DNA of 64,000 nt, taken from Planctomycetota bacterium (GTDB taxonomy: Bacteria; Planctomycetota; SZUA-567; H5-PLA8). The DNA lies in assembly GCA_045863855.1 (NCBI GenBank), contig BTVV01000001.1:1-64000 (forward strand), read 5' to 3'. The position numbers were made by a program, and so were the translations under genes. The notes below the pieces were generated by a model, which did not search any database, was not told the DNA's origin, and saw only the letters and a list, made by a program, of their open reading frames with translations. Shown one piece after another: positions 28,591 through 38,517 of this stretch (its first letter is position 1; each line of letters begins with the position of its first letter).

Positions 28591-28852
28591 GGAAGATCAC
28601 GCTCCTCAATACTTCGTGCTCTCAACCAACCGCATGAAAGACGCTTCGTCAAGCAGGTAGCCTGAAATTTTCTTGAGCGATGCGAAGAGTAATTCCTCCC
28701 TAGCAGGGCGAATAATTCCCGGCATGACGGTTTAGATGCGGCCGATGAACCCGCATCGTGCGTGCGGACCGGGAGTAGCACGCCGCGCGCGCCGATGGTA
28801 GCCTGTAACGCACACGTGTGAATTGTTACGCCGAAGCCGTGGGAGTCCCGTG

Positions 28853-29686
28853 ATGCCGGCCGCTGCGTTGAGCGACACCGCGAAGCTGTGTGTGCATACG
28901 ATCACCACCAAGCCGCTCCCGCTGGAGCAGGCCCTGGACCTGTATCCGCGCTACGGAGTTCACGGGATCACCGTCTGGCGCCAGGCGCTGGAAGGGCGCG
29001 ACGTCAAAACCGCGGGGCGGCAGATTCGCGAAGCGGGGCTGGAGATCGTGAGCCTCTGCCGCGGCGGGTTCTTTCCCGCGCGCGAAGCCGCCAAGCGCCA
29101 GGCCGCGATCGACGAGAACCGGCAGGTGGTCGACGAAGCCGCCAAGCTGGGCGCGCCGCTGGTGGTGCTCGTTTGCGGCGCGGTGCCGGGGCAGCCGCTG
29201 GCCGAGAGCCGCAAGCAAATTCGCGACGGGATCGCCGCGGTGGCCGACCACGCGCGCGCCTGCGGCGTGAAGCTGGCCGTCGAGCCGCTGCATCCGATGT
29301 ACGCCGACGACCGCAGCGCGATCAACACGCTGCGCCAGGCCAACGATCTGTGCGAAGAACTGAACCATCCGGCCGTCGGCGTCGCCGCCGATGTGTACCA
29401 CTTGTGGTGGGATCCCGAACTGGAAGCGCAGATCGCGCGCTGCGGGAAGCTGGGGCGGCTGTGGGCTTACCACATCTGCGACTGGAAGACGCCGACCACC
29501 GACCTGCTGAACGATCGCGGTCTGATGGGCGAAGGCTGCATCGACCTGCGCGGCATCCGCGGCTGGGTCGAAGCGGCGGGGTTCCGCGGCTTCAACGAAG
29601 TGGAAGTCTTCTCCACGCGGCGCTGGGAGACGGACCAGCGCGCGTATCTGGACGAGATCAAGCGGGCGTACCTGGAACACGCCTGA
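28853..29686 (+). CDS. sugar phosphate isomerase/epimerase (xylose isomerase-like TIM barrel)
   Basis: LCRGGFFP, VEPLHPMY, DVYHLWWDP, HICDW, GEGCID, EVEVF. Confidence 0.9.
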   Translation: MPAAALSDTAKLCVHTITTKPLPLEQALDLYPRYGVHGITVWRQALEGRDVKTAGRQIREAGLEIVSLCRGGFFPAREAAKRQAAIDENRQVVDEAAKLGAPLVVLVCGAVPGQPLAESRKQIRDGIAAVADHARACGVKLAVEPLHPMYADDRSAINTLRQANDLCEELNHPAVGVAADVYHLWWDPELEAQIARCGKLGRLWAYHICDWKTPTTDLLNDRGLMGEGCIDLRGIRGWVEAAGFRGFNEVEVFSTRRWETDQRAYLDEIKRAYLEHA

Positions 29687-29713
29687 CATCCCTTAAAAGG
29701 AGCAACACGAGCG

Positions 29714-30862
29714 ATGAAGCAGCACCGCGTCGGCATCATCATGAACGGCGTCACCGGACGCATGGGGACCAATCAGCATCTGGTCCGGTCGATCCTGGCG
29801 ATCCGCAAGCAGGGCGGCGTGAAGTTGAATGCCGACGAAACGATCATTCCCGATCCGATCCTGATCGGGCGCAACGAGAACAAGCTCCGCGCGCTCGCCG
29901 ACGCGCACGGCGTCGAAAAGGTCTCGACCGACCTCGACAAGCTCCTGAAGGACAAGGACTATCCGCTCTACTTCGACGCGGTGACGACGCAGCAGCGCGT
30001 CGAAAACGTGCGTAAGGCCATCGCGGCGGGGAAGCATATCTACTGCGAGAAGCCCACCGCCACGAACACCGCCGAAGCGCTCGCCTTGTATAAGGAAGCG
30101 CAGAAGGCCGGGATCAAGCACGGCGTCGTGCAGGACAAGCTGTGGCTGCCGGGGCTGCTGAAGCTGAAGTATCTGATCGACACCGGCTACTTCGGGCGGA
30201 TTCTTTCGGTCCGCGGCGAGTTCGGTTACTGGGTCTTCGACGGCTACGAGCAGACCTGCCAGCGCCCGAGCTGGAATTACCGCAAGGAAGACGGCGGCGG
30301 GATCATCGTCGATATGCTCTGCCACTGGCGTTACGTGATCGACAACCTCTTCGGCGCCGTGAAGTCGGTCTCGTGCATGGGCGCGACGCATATCGGCAAG
30401 CGCCTCGACGAGAGCCGCAAGGAATACGCCTGCACCTCCGACGACGCGGCGTACGCGACCTTCCTGACCGAGAAGGGCATCCTCTGCCACTTCAACAGTT
30501 CGTGGTGCGTGCGCGTGAGGCGCGACGATCTGCTGACGGTGCAGGTGGACGGCGAAAAAGGCAGCGCCGTCGCCGGCCTGCGCAAATGCTGGGTGCAGCA
30601 CGACAGCTTCACGCCCAAGCCGGTCTGGAACCCCGACATCGACCAGCCGATCAACTTCTATTCGAGCTGGGAGGAGATGCCGAGCAACCGCGAGTACGAC
30701 AACGCGTTCAAGATCCAGTGGGAGATGTTCCTGCGCCACCTGGTCAAGGACGAGCCGTTCCGCTGGGGGCTGCTGGAAGGCGCGAAGGGCGTGCAGCTCG
30801 CCGAACTGGGCCTGCAAAGCTGGGAGAAGCGCGCGTGGCTGGATGTCCCGCCGCTGGGCTGA
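29714..30862 (+). CDS. Gfo/Idh/MocA family oxidoreductase
   Basis: NGVTGRMG, HIYCEKP, GGGIIVDMLCH. Confidence 0.9.
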   Translation: MKQHRVGIIMNGVTGRMGTNQHLVRSILAIRKQGGVKLNADETIIPDPILIGRNENKLRALADAHGVEKVSTDLDKLLKDKDYPLYFDAVTTQQRVENVRKAIAAGKHIYCEKPTATNTAEALALYKEAQKAGIKHGVVQDKLWLPGLLKLKYLIDTGYFGRILSVRGEFGYWVFDGYEQTCQRPSWNYRKEDGGGIIVDMLCHWRYVIDNLFGAVKSVSCMGATHIGKRLDESRKEYACTSDDAAYATFLTEKGILCHFNSSWCVRVRRDDLLTVQVDGEKGSAVAGLRKCWVQHDSFTPKPVWNPDIDQPINFYSSWEEMPSNREYDNAFKIQWEMFLRHLVKDEPFRWGLLEGAKGVQLAELGLQSWEKRAWLDVPPLG

Positions 30863-30960
30863 GCCGGTTGCGAACATTCGTTAGTTAAACGCAAAGCGGA
30901 GCAAGGCGACGAACCTTGCTCCGCTTTTTGATGCGTGGAGACTCATGGTACGCCGGCGGC

Positions 30961-32019
30961 TTACTTCTTCGCGGCGGCCTTCTCTTCCTTGGGCGGTTCG
31001 GGCTTCCAAAGAATCCGGTCCTGCGGGCGCACGGGGTTCATGTGCGAGCCCACGCCGATCTCGACGCGTTGCGATTGCGGCAGGCCGAAGCGCTCGCACG
31101 CGTAATCCCACAGCTTGCGCGCGGGCCGTCCGAGAATCCGCTCCGTCATGTTCCGCTTCGCGCTCCCGTCTTCACGCAGCATCTTCAACTGGTCGCGCGT
31201 GAGCTGCGGCTTGCTCGAGAACGTCTCCATCGCCAGCGCGATCAGGTGCGCTTTCCAGAACGGGAGCGGCACCAGGATGCGGCTGCGCTTCGCCGCGCGG
31301 CAGGCGATCTGGACGATCTCGCGGACCTTCAACGGCTCCGGCCCGCCCAGTTCGTACGTGCCCGGCGGCAGCGGGAAGCCTTCCTCGCACGCGCGCGCCA
31401 GCGATTCGGCCACGTCTTCGACCCAGATCGGCTGCAAGTACGAATGCCCGCCGCCGATCACCGGCATGATCGGCCACGGCGGATTGATGTTGCTCTTGGC
31501 CATGTTCACGAACAGGTTGAGGAACTCGTCTTCCGGCCCGAAGATCACCGAAGCGGGAAAGTTGTACGCGCGCATCCCGCTCTCGGCGACGATCCGCTCG
31601 GCTTGGTATTTCGATCGGTGGTAACCGCTGGCGTCGGCGTCCGGCCGCGAACCCAAACCCGAGAGGTACACGAAGACCTGGCAGCCCGCGCGCTGCGCCT
31701 CGGCGACCGTGTTGCGCGTGCCGTTCACGTGGATCTGTTCGAACGAGCCTTCCTTCTCGTTGATCACGCCGACGAGATGCACGACGCCGTAGCAGTCGTG
31801 CGCCGCTCCGGCCAGCGAGGCCGTATCGGTCACGTTCCCCGAGACGAAGTCGCTGCAGCAGTCCTCGATCGCCGAGCGGTCGCTGCCGTCGCGCACCAGG
31901 GCTCGAATCGAGAAGCCGCGCTCGAAGAGCTTCGGCACGACATGCCGCCCCACGTACCCGGTCGCCCCCGTCACCAGGATCTTTCGGCGTACTCCGCCGC
32001 CCGCTGTCGCTTCGTTCAT
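30961..32019 (-). CDS. NAD-dependent epimerase / NDUFA9-like SDR
   Basis: VTGATGYVG, YHRSK, QPIWVEDVA. Confidence 0.88.
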   Translation of the reverse strand: MNEATAGGGVRRKILVTGATGYVGRHVVPKLFERGFSIRALVRDGSDRSAIEDCCSDFVSGNVTDTASLAGAAHDCYGVVHLVGVINEKEGSFEQIHVNGTRNTVAEAQRAGCQVFVYLSGLGSRPDADASGYHRSKYQAERIVAESGMRAYNFPASVIFGPEDEFLNLFVNMAKSNINPPWPIMPVIGGGHSYLQPIWVEDVAESLARACEEGFPLPPGTYELGGPEPLKVREIVQIACRAAKRSRILVPLPFWKAHLIALAMETFSSKPQLTRDQLKMLREDGSAKRNMTERILGRPARKLWDYACERFGLPQSQRVEIGVGSHMNPVRPQDRILWKPEPPKEEKAAAKK

Positions 32020-32244
32020 GGTCTTCCTTTCGGACTCTCAGAATGAAACAGATCTATGGCTCAAGCCCGCTCAGGACGTCTCGACGAACCCGAATCTTAA
32101 CCTACAAAGTCTTAGTTAACTCATTTACTTACAATGTTTTACAATTATTTCGCCAAGCCTTGATGCTGGGTCGGCCCTGCCTTTGCTCCCAAGCACAACG
32201 TGGTTCACCAAGGATGGTGGCCGAACAGGATAAAGGATTAAGCC

Positions 32245-32682
32245 ATGCCGCAAATCGAAAAAGCCAGCCGCCCGCAGCGTATTCTCGTAGTCGACGACGA
32301 CCCGATGATCCGCATGCTTTTCCGCACGGTCTTCGAGAAGCAGGGCTACGAGGTCCGCTTGGCGGCGAGCGGCAGCCAGGCGCTGGCGGAGTTGCACGCG
32401 CATCACTTCGATCTGCTCACGCTGGACATCCTGATGCCGGGCTTCAGCGGAGCGCAGGTGCAAGACTTGCTCTCGCGGATGCAGGGCTACGGACACCGCG
32501 AAGCGTACGGTTCGCAGAAGCGCTTGCCGCCGATCCTGATCATCACCGGCGGACTGAACAACGTGCCCGGCGACATGCTTTACGCCGAAGGCGTCGTCGG
32601 GGTGCTCGAGAAGCCGGTGGACATCAAAGCGCTGGTGGCCTTGGTGCGCGGGATCTTGGGCATGGCCAAGACCGCGGTGTGA
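32245..32682 (+). CDS. single-domain response regulator
   Basis: ILVVDDD, LDILMP, EKP. Confidence 0.88.
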   Translation: MPQIEKASRPQRILVVDDDPMIRMLFRTVFEKQGYEVRLAASGSQALAELHAHHFDLLTLDILMPGFSGAQVQDLLSRMQGYGHREAYGSQKRLPPILIITGGLNNVPGDMLYAEGVVGVLEKPVDIKALVALVRGILGMAKTAV

Positions 32683-32746
32683 AAATTGGCAACTTCTATC
32701 AGAGAGTGGTAAAATGCCTCCTATAGCCAACTAGAGGGGGCATACG

Positions 32747-33775
32747 ATGGCCAAGCTGCGTGTCGGTTTGATCGGTTGCGGCGGACGCGGGCGCGCGCAT
32801 GCGCGCGGATACGCCGCGGCGCCGGACGTCGAACTGGCCGCCTGCGCCGACCTGTATCCCGAAACCGCGCAAAAAGCCGCCGCCGAATTCAAGATCCCCA
32901 AGACTTACACCGACTACAAGGAAATGCTCGAGCGCGAACGCCTCGACGTGGTCAGCATCGCGCTGTGGACGGGCCTGCATCACGAAGCGGTCCTCGCCTG
33001 CGTGAACGCTTCCAAGCCGCCCAAGCTGATCAACGCCGAGAAGCCCATGGCGCCGACGTTGGGCGCCGCTCGGAGCATGCACGAAGCCTGCGCCAAGGCC
33101 GGCATCGCGCTGACCTTTTGCCATCAGCGCCGGCTCGGCTCGACTTTCGCGAAAGCGCGCGAGTTTGCGCAGTCCGGCGCCATCGGCAGCCTGCGCCGCA
33201 TGGAAGGGTACTGCCCCAACCTCTTCGACTGGGGTACGCACTGGTTCGACATGCTCTTCTATTACAACGCGCAGACGCCCGTGGCATGGGTGATGGGGCA
33301 GATCGACGTGGCCGCCGACAAGAAGGTCTTCGGCACGCCGGTCGAGACCAGCGGCCTCTCGCTCTTCCGCTTCGTCAACGGCGTCGAGGGGCTGCTCGTC
33401 ACGGGCAGCGAAGCCGGCGCCGAACCGACTGGGACGCGCATCTACGGCAGCGCCGGGATCGTCGAAGCACGCGAGCATTCGCTGCGCATCCTGCGCGAAG
33501 GCCGGAGCTGGGAAGACGTGGACTGCGGGGATCTCAAGGCCGAGGCCGCGAACCCCACCACGCGCTACGTGCGGGAGACGCTGGGCAGCTTGCGCGAGTC
33601 GCAGGAGTCGCTCTTCAGCAGCCGCCAGTCGCTGATGGCCACCGAACTGATCTTCGCGACCTACGAATCGGCCCGCCGCCGCGCGAAAGTGACGCTCCCG
33701 CTCGGCACCGACGACTCGGCGCTCCTCACGATGCTCGAAAAGGGCGAGATCGTGGCGCCGAAGGCGCCGGTTTGA
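32747..33775 (+). CDS. Gfo/Idh/MocA family oxidoreductase
   Basis: IGCGGRG, AEKPM, DWGTHWFD. Confidence 0.9.
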   Translation: MAKLRVGLIGCGGRGRAHARGYAAAPDVELAACADLYPETAQKAAAEFKIPKTYTDYKEMLERERLDVVSIALWTGLHHEAVLACVNASKPPKLINAEKPMAPTLGAARSMHEACAKAGIALTFCHQRRLGSTFAKAREFAQSGAIGSLRRMEGYCPNLFDWGTHWFDMLFYYNAQTPVAWVMGQIDVAADKKVFGTPVETSGLSLFRFVNGVEGLLVTGSEAGAEPTGTRIYGSAGIVEAREHSLRILREGRSWEDVDCGDLKAEAANPTTRYVRETLGSLRESQESLFSSRQSLMATELIFATYESARRRAKVTLPLGTDDSALLTMLEKGEIVAPKAPV

Positions 33776-33816
33776 GGGCGGCGAAAGAAGTTCGCGCCCG
33801 CGCGTAAGACGCCCGT

Positions 33817-34683
33817 ATGCAGGACGCGACCGATCCCGGCGCCAACCGGCGCCTTTCCCGCCGCCGCTTCCTAAAATGGACCGCCGGCGGCGTGCTGGGC
33901 GCCGGGCTGCTCGGTGGCGGCTATACGCTGCTCGAAGCCGGCTGGATCGAACTCACGCGCCCCACACTGCCGCTGCCCAACCTGCCCGCTCCGTTCGAAG
34001 GGCTCACCGTCGCGTTCCTGGCCGATCTTCACCACGGCCCGTGGACGGGCCTCGAGTACATCCGCGAGATCGTGCGGCGCACGAACGCGCTGGCGCCCGA
34101 CGTCATTCTGCTGGGCGGCGATTACGTCCACCAAGACCGGCGCTACATCGTTCCGTGCGCGGCCGAACTCGCCGCGCTTTCCGCGCCGCTGGGCATCTAT
34201 GGCGTGCTGGGCAATCACGATCATTGGGAAGGCGCGGCCGAGACGCGGGATGCTCTTAAAGCCGCGGGCGTCTCGCTGCTCGATAACGACGGCGTCTGGC
34301 TCCAACGCGGCGGCGCGCGGATGCGTTTGGGCGGCGTGGGCGATCTGTGGGAGGACGTCCAAGATCTCGACGCGGCCTTGGGCGATGCCACCTCCGGCGA
34401 CGCGTGCCTGGTCCTGAGCCACCATCCCGACTTCACCGAGACGCTGGCCGATCCGCGCGTCGGTTTGCTCCTGAGCGGCCACACGCATGGCGGCCAGGCT
34501 TACATACCCTTTTACGGCGCGCCCTTACTGCCCAGCCGCTACGGACAAAAATACCGCGCCGGATTCGTCCAAGGCCCGACCGCGCCGGTCTACGTCACGC
34601 GCGGGTTGGGCACGATCACGCCCCCGCTGCGCTTCGCCTGCCGCCCCGAGCTGGCCCTCCTCACCCTCCGCGCGAACGCCTGA
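33817..34683 (+). CDS. metallophosphoesterase with Tat signal
   Basis: SRRRFLK; DLHHG, GGDY, GNHD, SGHTHGGQ. Confidence 0.9.
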   Translation: MQDATDPGANRRLSRRRFLKWTAGGVLGAGLLGGGYTLLEAGWIELTRPTLPLPNLPAPFEGLTVAFLADLHHGPWTGLEYIREIVRRTNALAPDVILLGGDYVHQDRRYIVPCAAELAALSAPLGIYGVLGNHDHWEGAAETRDALKAAGVSLLDNDGVWLQRGGARMRLGGVGDLWEDVQDLDAALGDATSGDACLVLSHHPDFTETLADPRVGLLLSGHTHGGQAYIPFYGAPLLPSRYGQKYRAGFVQGPTAPVYVTRGLGTITPPLRFACRPELALLTLRANA

Positions 34684-34728
34684 ACCCCGGAAACATTCAC
34701 GGCTGACGGCGCGCGTGCGTCTTATACA

Positions 34729-36876
34729 ATGATGCGCATGCGCCTCCTCGCCTGGACCGGGCTCCTCGCCGCGCTGCTGGCCGCGCCGCTCGCGCGAGCC
34801 GAAGCGGCGGGCGAGGTCGTGCCCGCCGAGGGCCCCGCCGACGGCCGGCCCCAGGCCCTCCCGTACCTGGACGGCAAGCCGCTCGTCGGGCGCTGGGCCT
34901 GCCTCAGCGGACTCAACTCGCGCCCGGGCAAGAGCCCCATCGAACGCTACGAATGGCGGCAACTCAAAGGCCCCCCGCTGCGCTTCTTCGACGAGCAGCA
35001 GGAAAGCCCGCGCGTCTGGACCTTTCTCGAACGCCCCGGCGAGTACCACCTGATCCTGCGCGCGCGCAACGCCCAGGGCTGGTGCCCGTTCGTGGCCCTG
35101 GAATTTACCGTCACGCAGGACACACGCCCCGATCCAAGCCCCGATCTGCTGATGCCCATGGGCCTTGGCGAAAAGATCGCGCTCAGCGGCGAAGGCTGGA
35201 AGCAAGTCTACGGCGAACCGATCGAACAGCGCCGCGCGCCCGACGGCAGCGAGACCGTCGTGCGCCTGGTCAAGCCGGGGCTGTACCTCTTCGAGGCGCT
35301 CCACGCCGGCGATCTGCCCATGCGCCGCGGCTATCTGCTCCCGCCCGACAAGGACGGCTTGCTCGGCGACCGCCGCCCGCTCGCCAAACTCCCCGCCATC
35401 CAGACCGTCTCCGTCGGCCAGAAGTTCACGCTCGACGGTTCGCTCAGCCTCGATCCGGACGGCGACGCGCTCACCGCGCGCTGGCTGATGCCCGAGACCG
35501 AAGGCATGGAACTGCTCCACGAGAAAGAGCTGGCCGCGACCTTTTTTCCGCGCAAGGCAGGCTACTTCCGCGTGCAGCTCGTCGTCAGCGACGGGAAGCT
35601 CGACGCGGTGGGCGAATGCTACGTGACGGTGCAGGACGCGCCCGAAGGCGAACCCGAACCCGGTCCCGCCGCGCCGGCGCCGGCCGCGCCCGACCCGTGG
35701 CCGCGCGACACGACGGTGGGGCTCTTCGAGGCCGATCTCGACCGCGCCGTGCAGCTCTTCCCCAGCCGCGCCGGCGTGACGCTGCGCGTGGCCTCCGAGT
35801 TTCTCCCGCCCGAAAAGCTGAACACCGTTCCGCTGCATCTGGCCATCCGCAACGGACCCACGCGGCTGCTGCTGGACTGGATCGCGCGCCAGACCGGAGC
35901 GCCGTACGTGCTCGAGACGCCCACCGCCGTCTGGCTCACCAAGATCGGGCATACCGTCAACCCCGATCCGGTCTCCAACGTCGTCTTCGCCGCCGACGCG
36001 CTCTACGACGACGGGCAGGAAGCCGAGTTTCTGAACCTGCTGCGCCTCTGCTGCCGCGGAGCGCTGGGCGGTGGGCCCGAGACGAGCCTCACGCTGGAAC
36101 CCAAGTCCAAACGCATCATCGCTTTTTTGCCCAAGTCGGTGGCCGAACGCCTGAAGGAAGTGCTGCTGCATATGCGTACGCCCAAAGGGCTGGGCCTGCT
36201 CCCGCCGCCGCCTTTCGACGACGAAGAACGCTGGCTGCGCGCGCAGCTTGGCCTGCGCACGGTCAGCCTCGATTGGGAAGGCCGCCGGCTGGATCTGGCG
36301 CTGCGCGACCTGGCCGAACGCTCCGGCTTCGCGGTGGGCTTCGATCCGCGGCAGTTCGACTGCCTCAAGTTCACGCCCGACTACTTCGCGCGCAAGCTCC
36401 CCAAGCTGACGCTCAAGCGCGCGAACGTTCCGCTGCGCCAAGCCGTGCGCGATCTGTGCGAAGCCGCCGGCTTCGACGGCTGCCAGCCCGAACGCGGCGG
36501 CGGATTGTGGTTCTACAAGGGCAAGCCCCCGTATCCGTCGGGAGCCAGCCTGCGCGCGACGGCGCGCGTCGGGAGCTACGATCTGTCCGGGCTGCTGCCG
36601 CACTTTCCGCTGCTCAGCGGCGAGGCGATCGCGCACGAAGTCCGCCAGCGCGTCTACCCGGACAGTTGGGCCGATCCCTTTGTTGCGTGCGTGTACCACA
36701 AGGCGACCGAGAAGCTGATCGTCATCCACGGCCCCGAAGCGCTTGGGGGGGTCCTGCGCGGGCTGTACGACCTCGCGCTGCGCGGCGTGAACGGGCTGGG
36801 CCAGGCGCCGGAAGATTACGCGCGAAGCGCACCACTCATGTCGACAAAATGCCAAAATACCGACACGAATGCTTGA
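34729..36876 (+). CDS. secreted PKD/Ig-like domain protein
   Basis: signal peptide; LDGSLSLDPDGDALT.RW, Y..QLVVSDG. Confidence 0.7.
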   Translation: MMRMRLLAWTGLLAALLAAPLARAEAAGEVVPAEGPADGRPQALPYLDGKPLVGRWACLSGLNSRPGKSPIERYEWRQLKGPPLRFFDEQQESPRVWTFLERPGEYHLILRARNAQGWCPFVALEFTVTQDTRPDPSPDLLMPMGLGEKIALSGEGWKQVYGEPIEQRRAPDGSETVVRLVKPGLYLFEALHAGDLPMRRGYLLPPDKDGLLGDRRPLAKLPAIQTVSVGQKFTLDGSLSLDPDGDALTARWLMPETEGMELLHEKELAATFFPRKAGYFRVQLVVSDGKLDAVGECYVTVQDAPEGEPEPGPAAPAPAAPDPWPRDTTVGLFEADLDRAVQLFPSRAGVTLRVASEFLPPEKLNTVPLHLAIRNGPTRLLLDWIARQTGAPYVLETPTAVWLTKIGHTVNPDPVSNVVFAADALYDDGQEAEFLNLLRLCCRGALGGGPETSLTLEPKSKRIIAFLPKSVAERLKEVLLHMRTPKGLGLLPPPPFDDEERWLRAQLGLRTVSLDWEGRRLDLALRDLAERSGFAVGFDPRQFDCLKFTPDYFARKLPKLTLKRANVPLRQAVRDLCEAAGFDGCQPERGGGLWFYKGKPPYPSGASLRATARVGSYDLSGLLPHFPLLSGEAIAHEVRQRVYPDSWADPFVACVYHKATEKLIVIHGPEALGGVLRGLYDLALRGVNGLGQAPEDYARSAPLMSTKCQNTDTNA

Positions 36877-37203
36877 CGCGTCGATGCCATCGACGTATGC
36901 GCGCCTCCGTCCCAGGATAGGAGTCTTTTACCTTCGAGCTGCCCTAAAGAGCGGGCGGCTAGGTAGCCCAAGCTCAAGCCGCCTTTTGGCGACTACGAAA
37001 CGCCTCCAGGGCAACATCCCCGGCCTTACCAGGCGCCCCCTCAATCGGAAAATGGAGTAGATCGTATAACCATATACAACAAAAGCACTTATTGAATCAC
37101 ATGCCACGAACGTGAATAGCCGTCATTGTTATTAACGAAATCGCTCATTTGCGATATTATGGAGATCGCTTATTATCGTTTGAGCAAAGTGGAGATGTAA
37201 GGC

Positions 37204-38406
37204 TTGAATATCAAGGAGTTTACAGACGCGGCCGCGGGGCGCTGCATCCGCACGCCTCGAGACTACTGGGCCTATGTGCCCAACCCGCTGCCGCCCGAAT
37301 TAACGTGGGACGCACGATTGGCGCAAGGGCTCACGGATGCTTCGTTGGCCTTGGGCGAACTGTCGGGTGCGGGGCGACTGCTGCCCAATCCGCATCTGTT
37401 AATGGCCTCGTATATCAAGCGCGAAGCGGTGCTAAGTTCGAGAATCGAGAACACGCAAGCCGGACTGAGCGATCTGTTTTTTTTCGAAGCCGAAAACGAG
37501 GAATCGCCGGTTATCCCGGATGTGCAAGAAGTGGCTCAATACGTTAAGGCGATGAACTATGGCTTGGCCCGCTTGCGGGACTTGCCCATTTCCAGTCGAT
37601 TGATACGGGAAATTCATAACGTACTCATGAGCGGCGTGCGAGACGGGCATCTGACGCCCGGGGAGTTTCGCACCTCACAAAACTGGATTGGACCGCCGGG
37701 CTGCACGCTCAACGAAGCCACCTACGTTCCTCCGCCTGTCGACGAAATGAACGAAGCGTTGAGCGCTTGGGAACGGTACGTGAACGCGCAGGACGCGCGT
37801 GAGCCGAACCTGATTCAATGCGCGCTTATGCATTACCAGTTCGAAGCCATTCACCCTTTCCTCGACGGGAACGGACGCGTGGGCCGTCTGCTGATTACGT
37901 TCTTTCTCTGCGAAAGGTGCTGCCTGTCTAAGCCGCTTTTGTATCTATCCGCCTACTTCGAACAACACAGGGACGAATACTACAAGCGTTTGCTCGAAGT
38001 AAGTCGAAGCGGAGACTGGGGCGGCTGGCTCAACTTTTTCCTTCGCGGAATCACGACCCAAGCCAGGGATGCGTTGGAGAACGCGAACCGGATTCTGGAA
38101 TTGCATGCGTCCTATCGAGCGCAATTGAGCGGCAAGCGCGTGCCCCGGGCGGCAGGACTGCTGGTGGACCATCTGTTTCAGAATCCTGTACTCTCCCTGG
38201 CGAAAACCGCGAAGGAATTGGATCTGACCTTTCCCACGCTTAAGCGCGGGGTGGACGAACTTCAGAAGCAAGGCATTCTTAAAGAGATCACCGGCAAGAA
38301 GCGCAACAGGCTCTTTGTGGCTCACAAGCTGATGCGCTTGCTCTTGCCCCCCGGCGACCGGGCCGGCACATGGGGTTCACCCAGGCGCGAACGCGGCACC
38401 GTGTAG
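37204..38406 (+). CDS. Fic family protein
   Basis: HPFLDGNGRVGR, SSRIENT; C-terminal winged helix; lower GC. Confidence 0.92.
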   Translation: MNIKEFTDAAAGRCIRTPRDYWAYVPNPLPPELTWDARLAQGLTDASLALGELSGAGRLLPNPHLLMASYIKREAVLSSRIENTQAGLSDLFFFEAENEESPVIPDVQEVAQYVKAMNYGLARLRDLPISSRLIREIHNVLMSGVRDGHLTPGEFRTSQNWIGPPGCTLNEATYVPPPVDEMNEALSAWERYVNAQDAREPNLIQCALMHYQFEAIHPFLDGNGRVGRLLITFFLCERCCLSKPLLYLSAYFEQHRDEYYKRLLEVSRSGDWGGWLNFFLRGITTQARDALENANRILELHASYRAQLSGKRVPRAAGLLVDHLFQNPVLSLAKTAKELDLTFPTLKRGVDELQKQGILKEITGKKRNRLFVAHKLMRLLLPPGDRAGTWGSPRRERGTV

Positions 38407-38517
38407 CCCATTTAACTCCCTGTACCATAACCCCTTAACCTCCCCGTTGCACTTTGCCATCCCTTCCCGTAACATGTGCGCGCCAGATAACCTGGACCCA
38501 AGGAGTCCGCTTTCACC

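Noticed and set aside
28624..28652. sigma70 promoter for the leader (TTGACG on minus strand)
   Set aside because: Good -35 but the -10 at 17 nt spacing (TTGGTT) is poor; not listed as a feature without TSS data.
28362..28700. T-box riboswitch as the explanation for the terminator upstream of the tRNA array
   Set aside because: No T-box consensus (AGGGTGGNACCGCG-like) precedes the terminator; a leader ORF with an overlapping antiterminator fits better.
28566..28781. 71-aa minus-strand ORF from the ORF track as the leader peptide
   Set aside because: No clear RBS, and its stop is about 170 nt from the terminator; the 28590-28426 ORF has an RBS and a stop inside the pairing segment.
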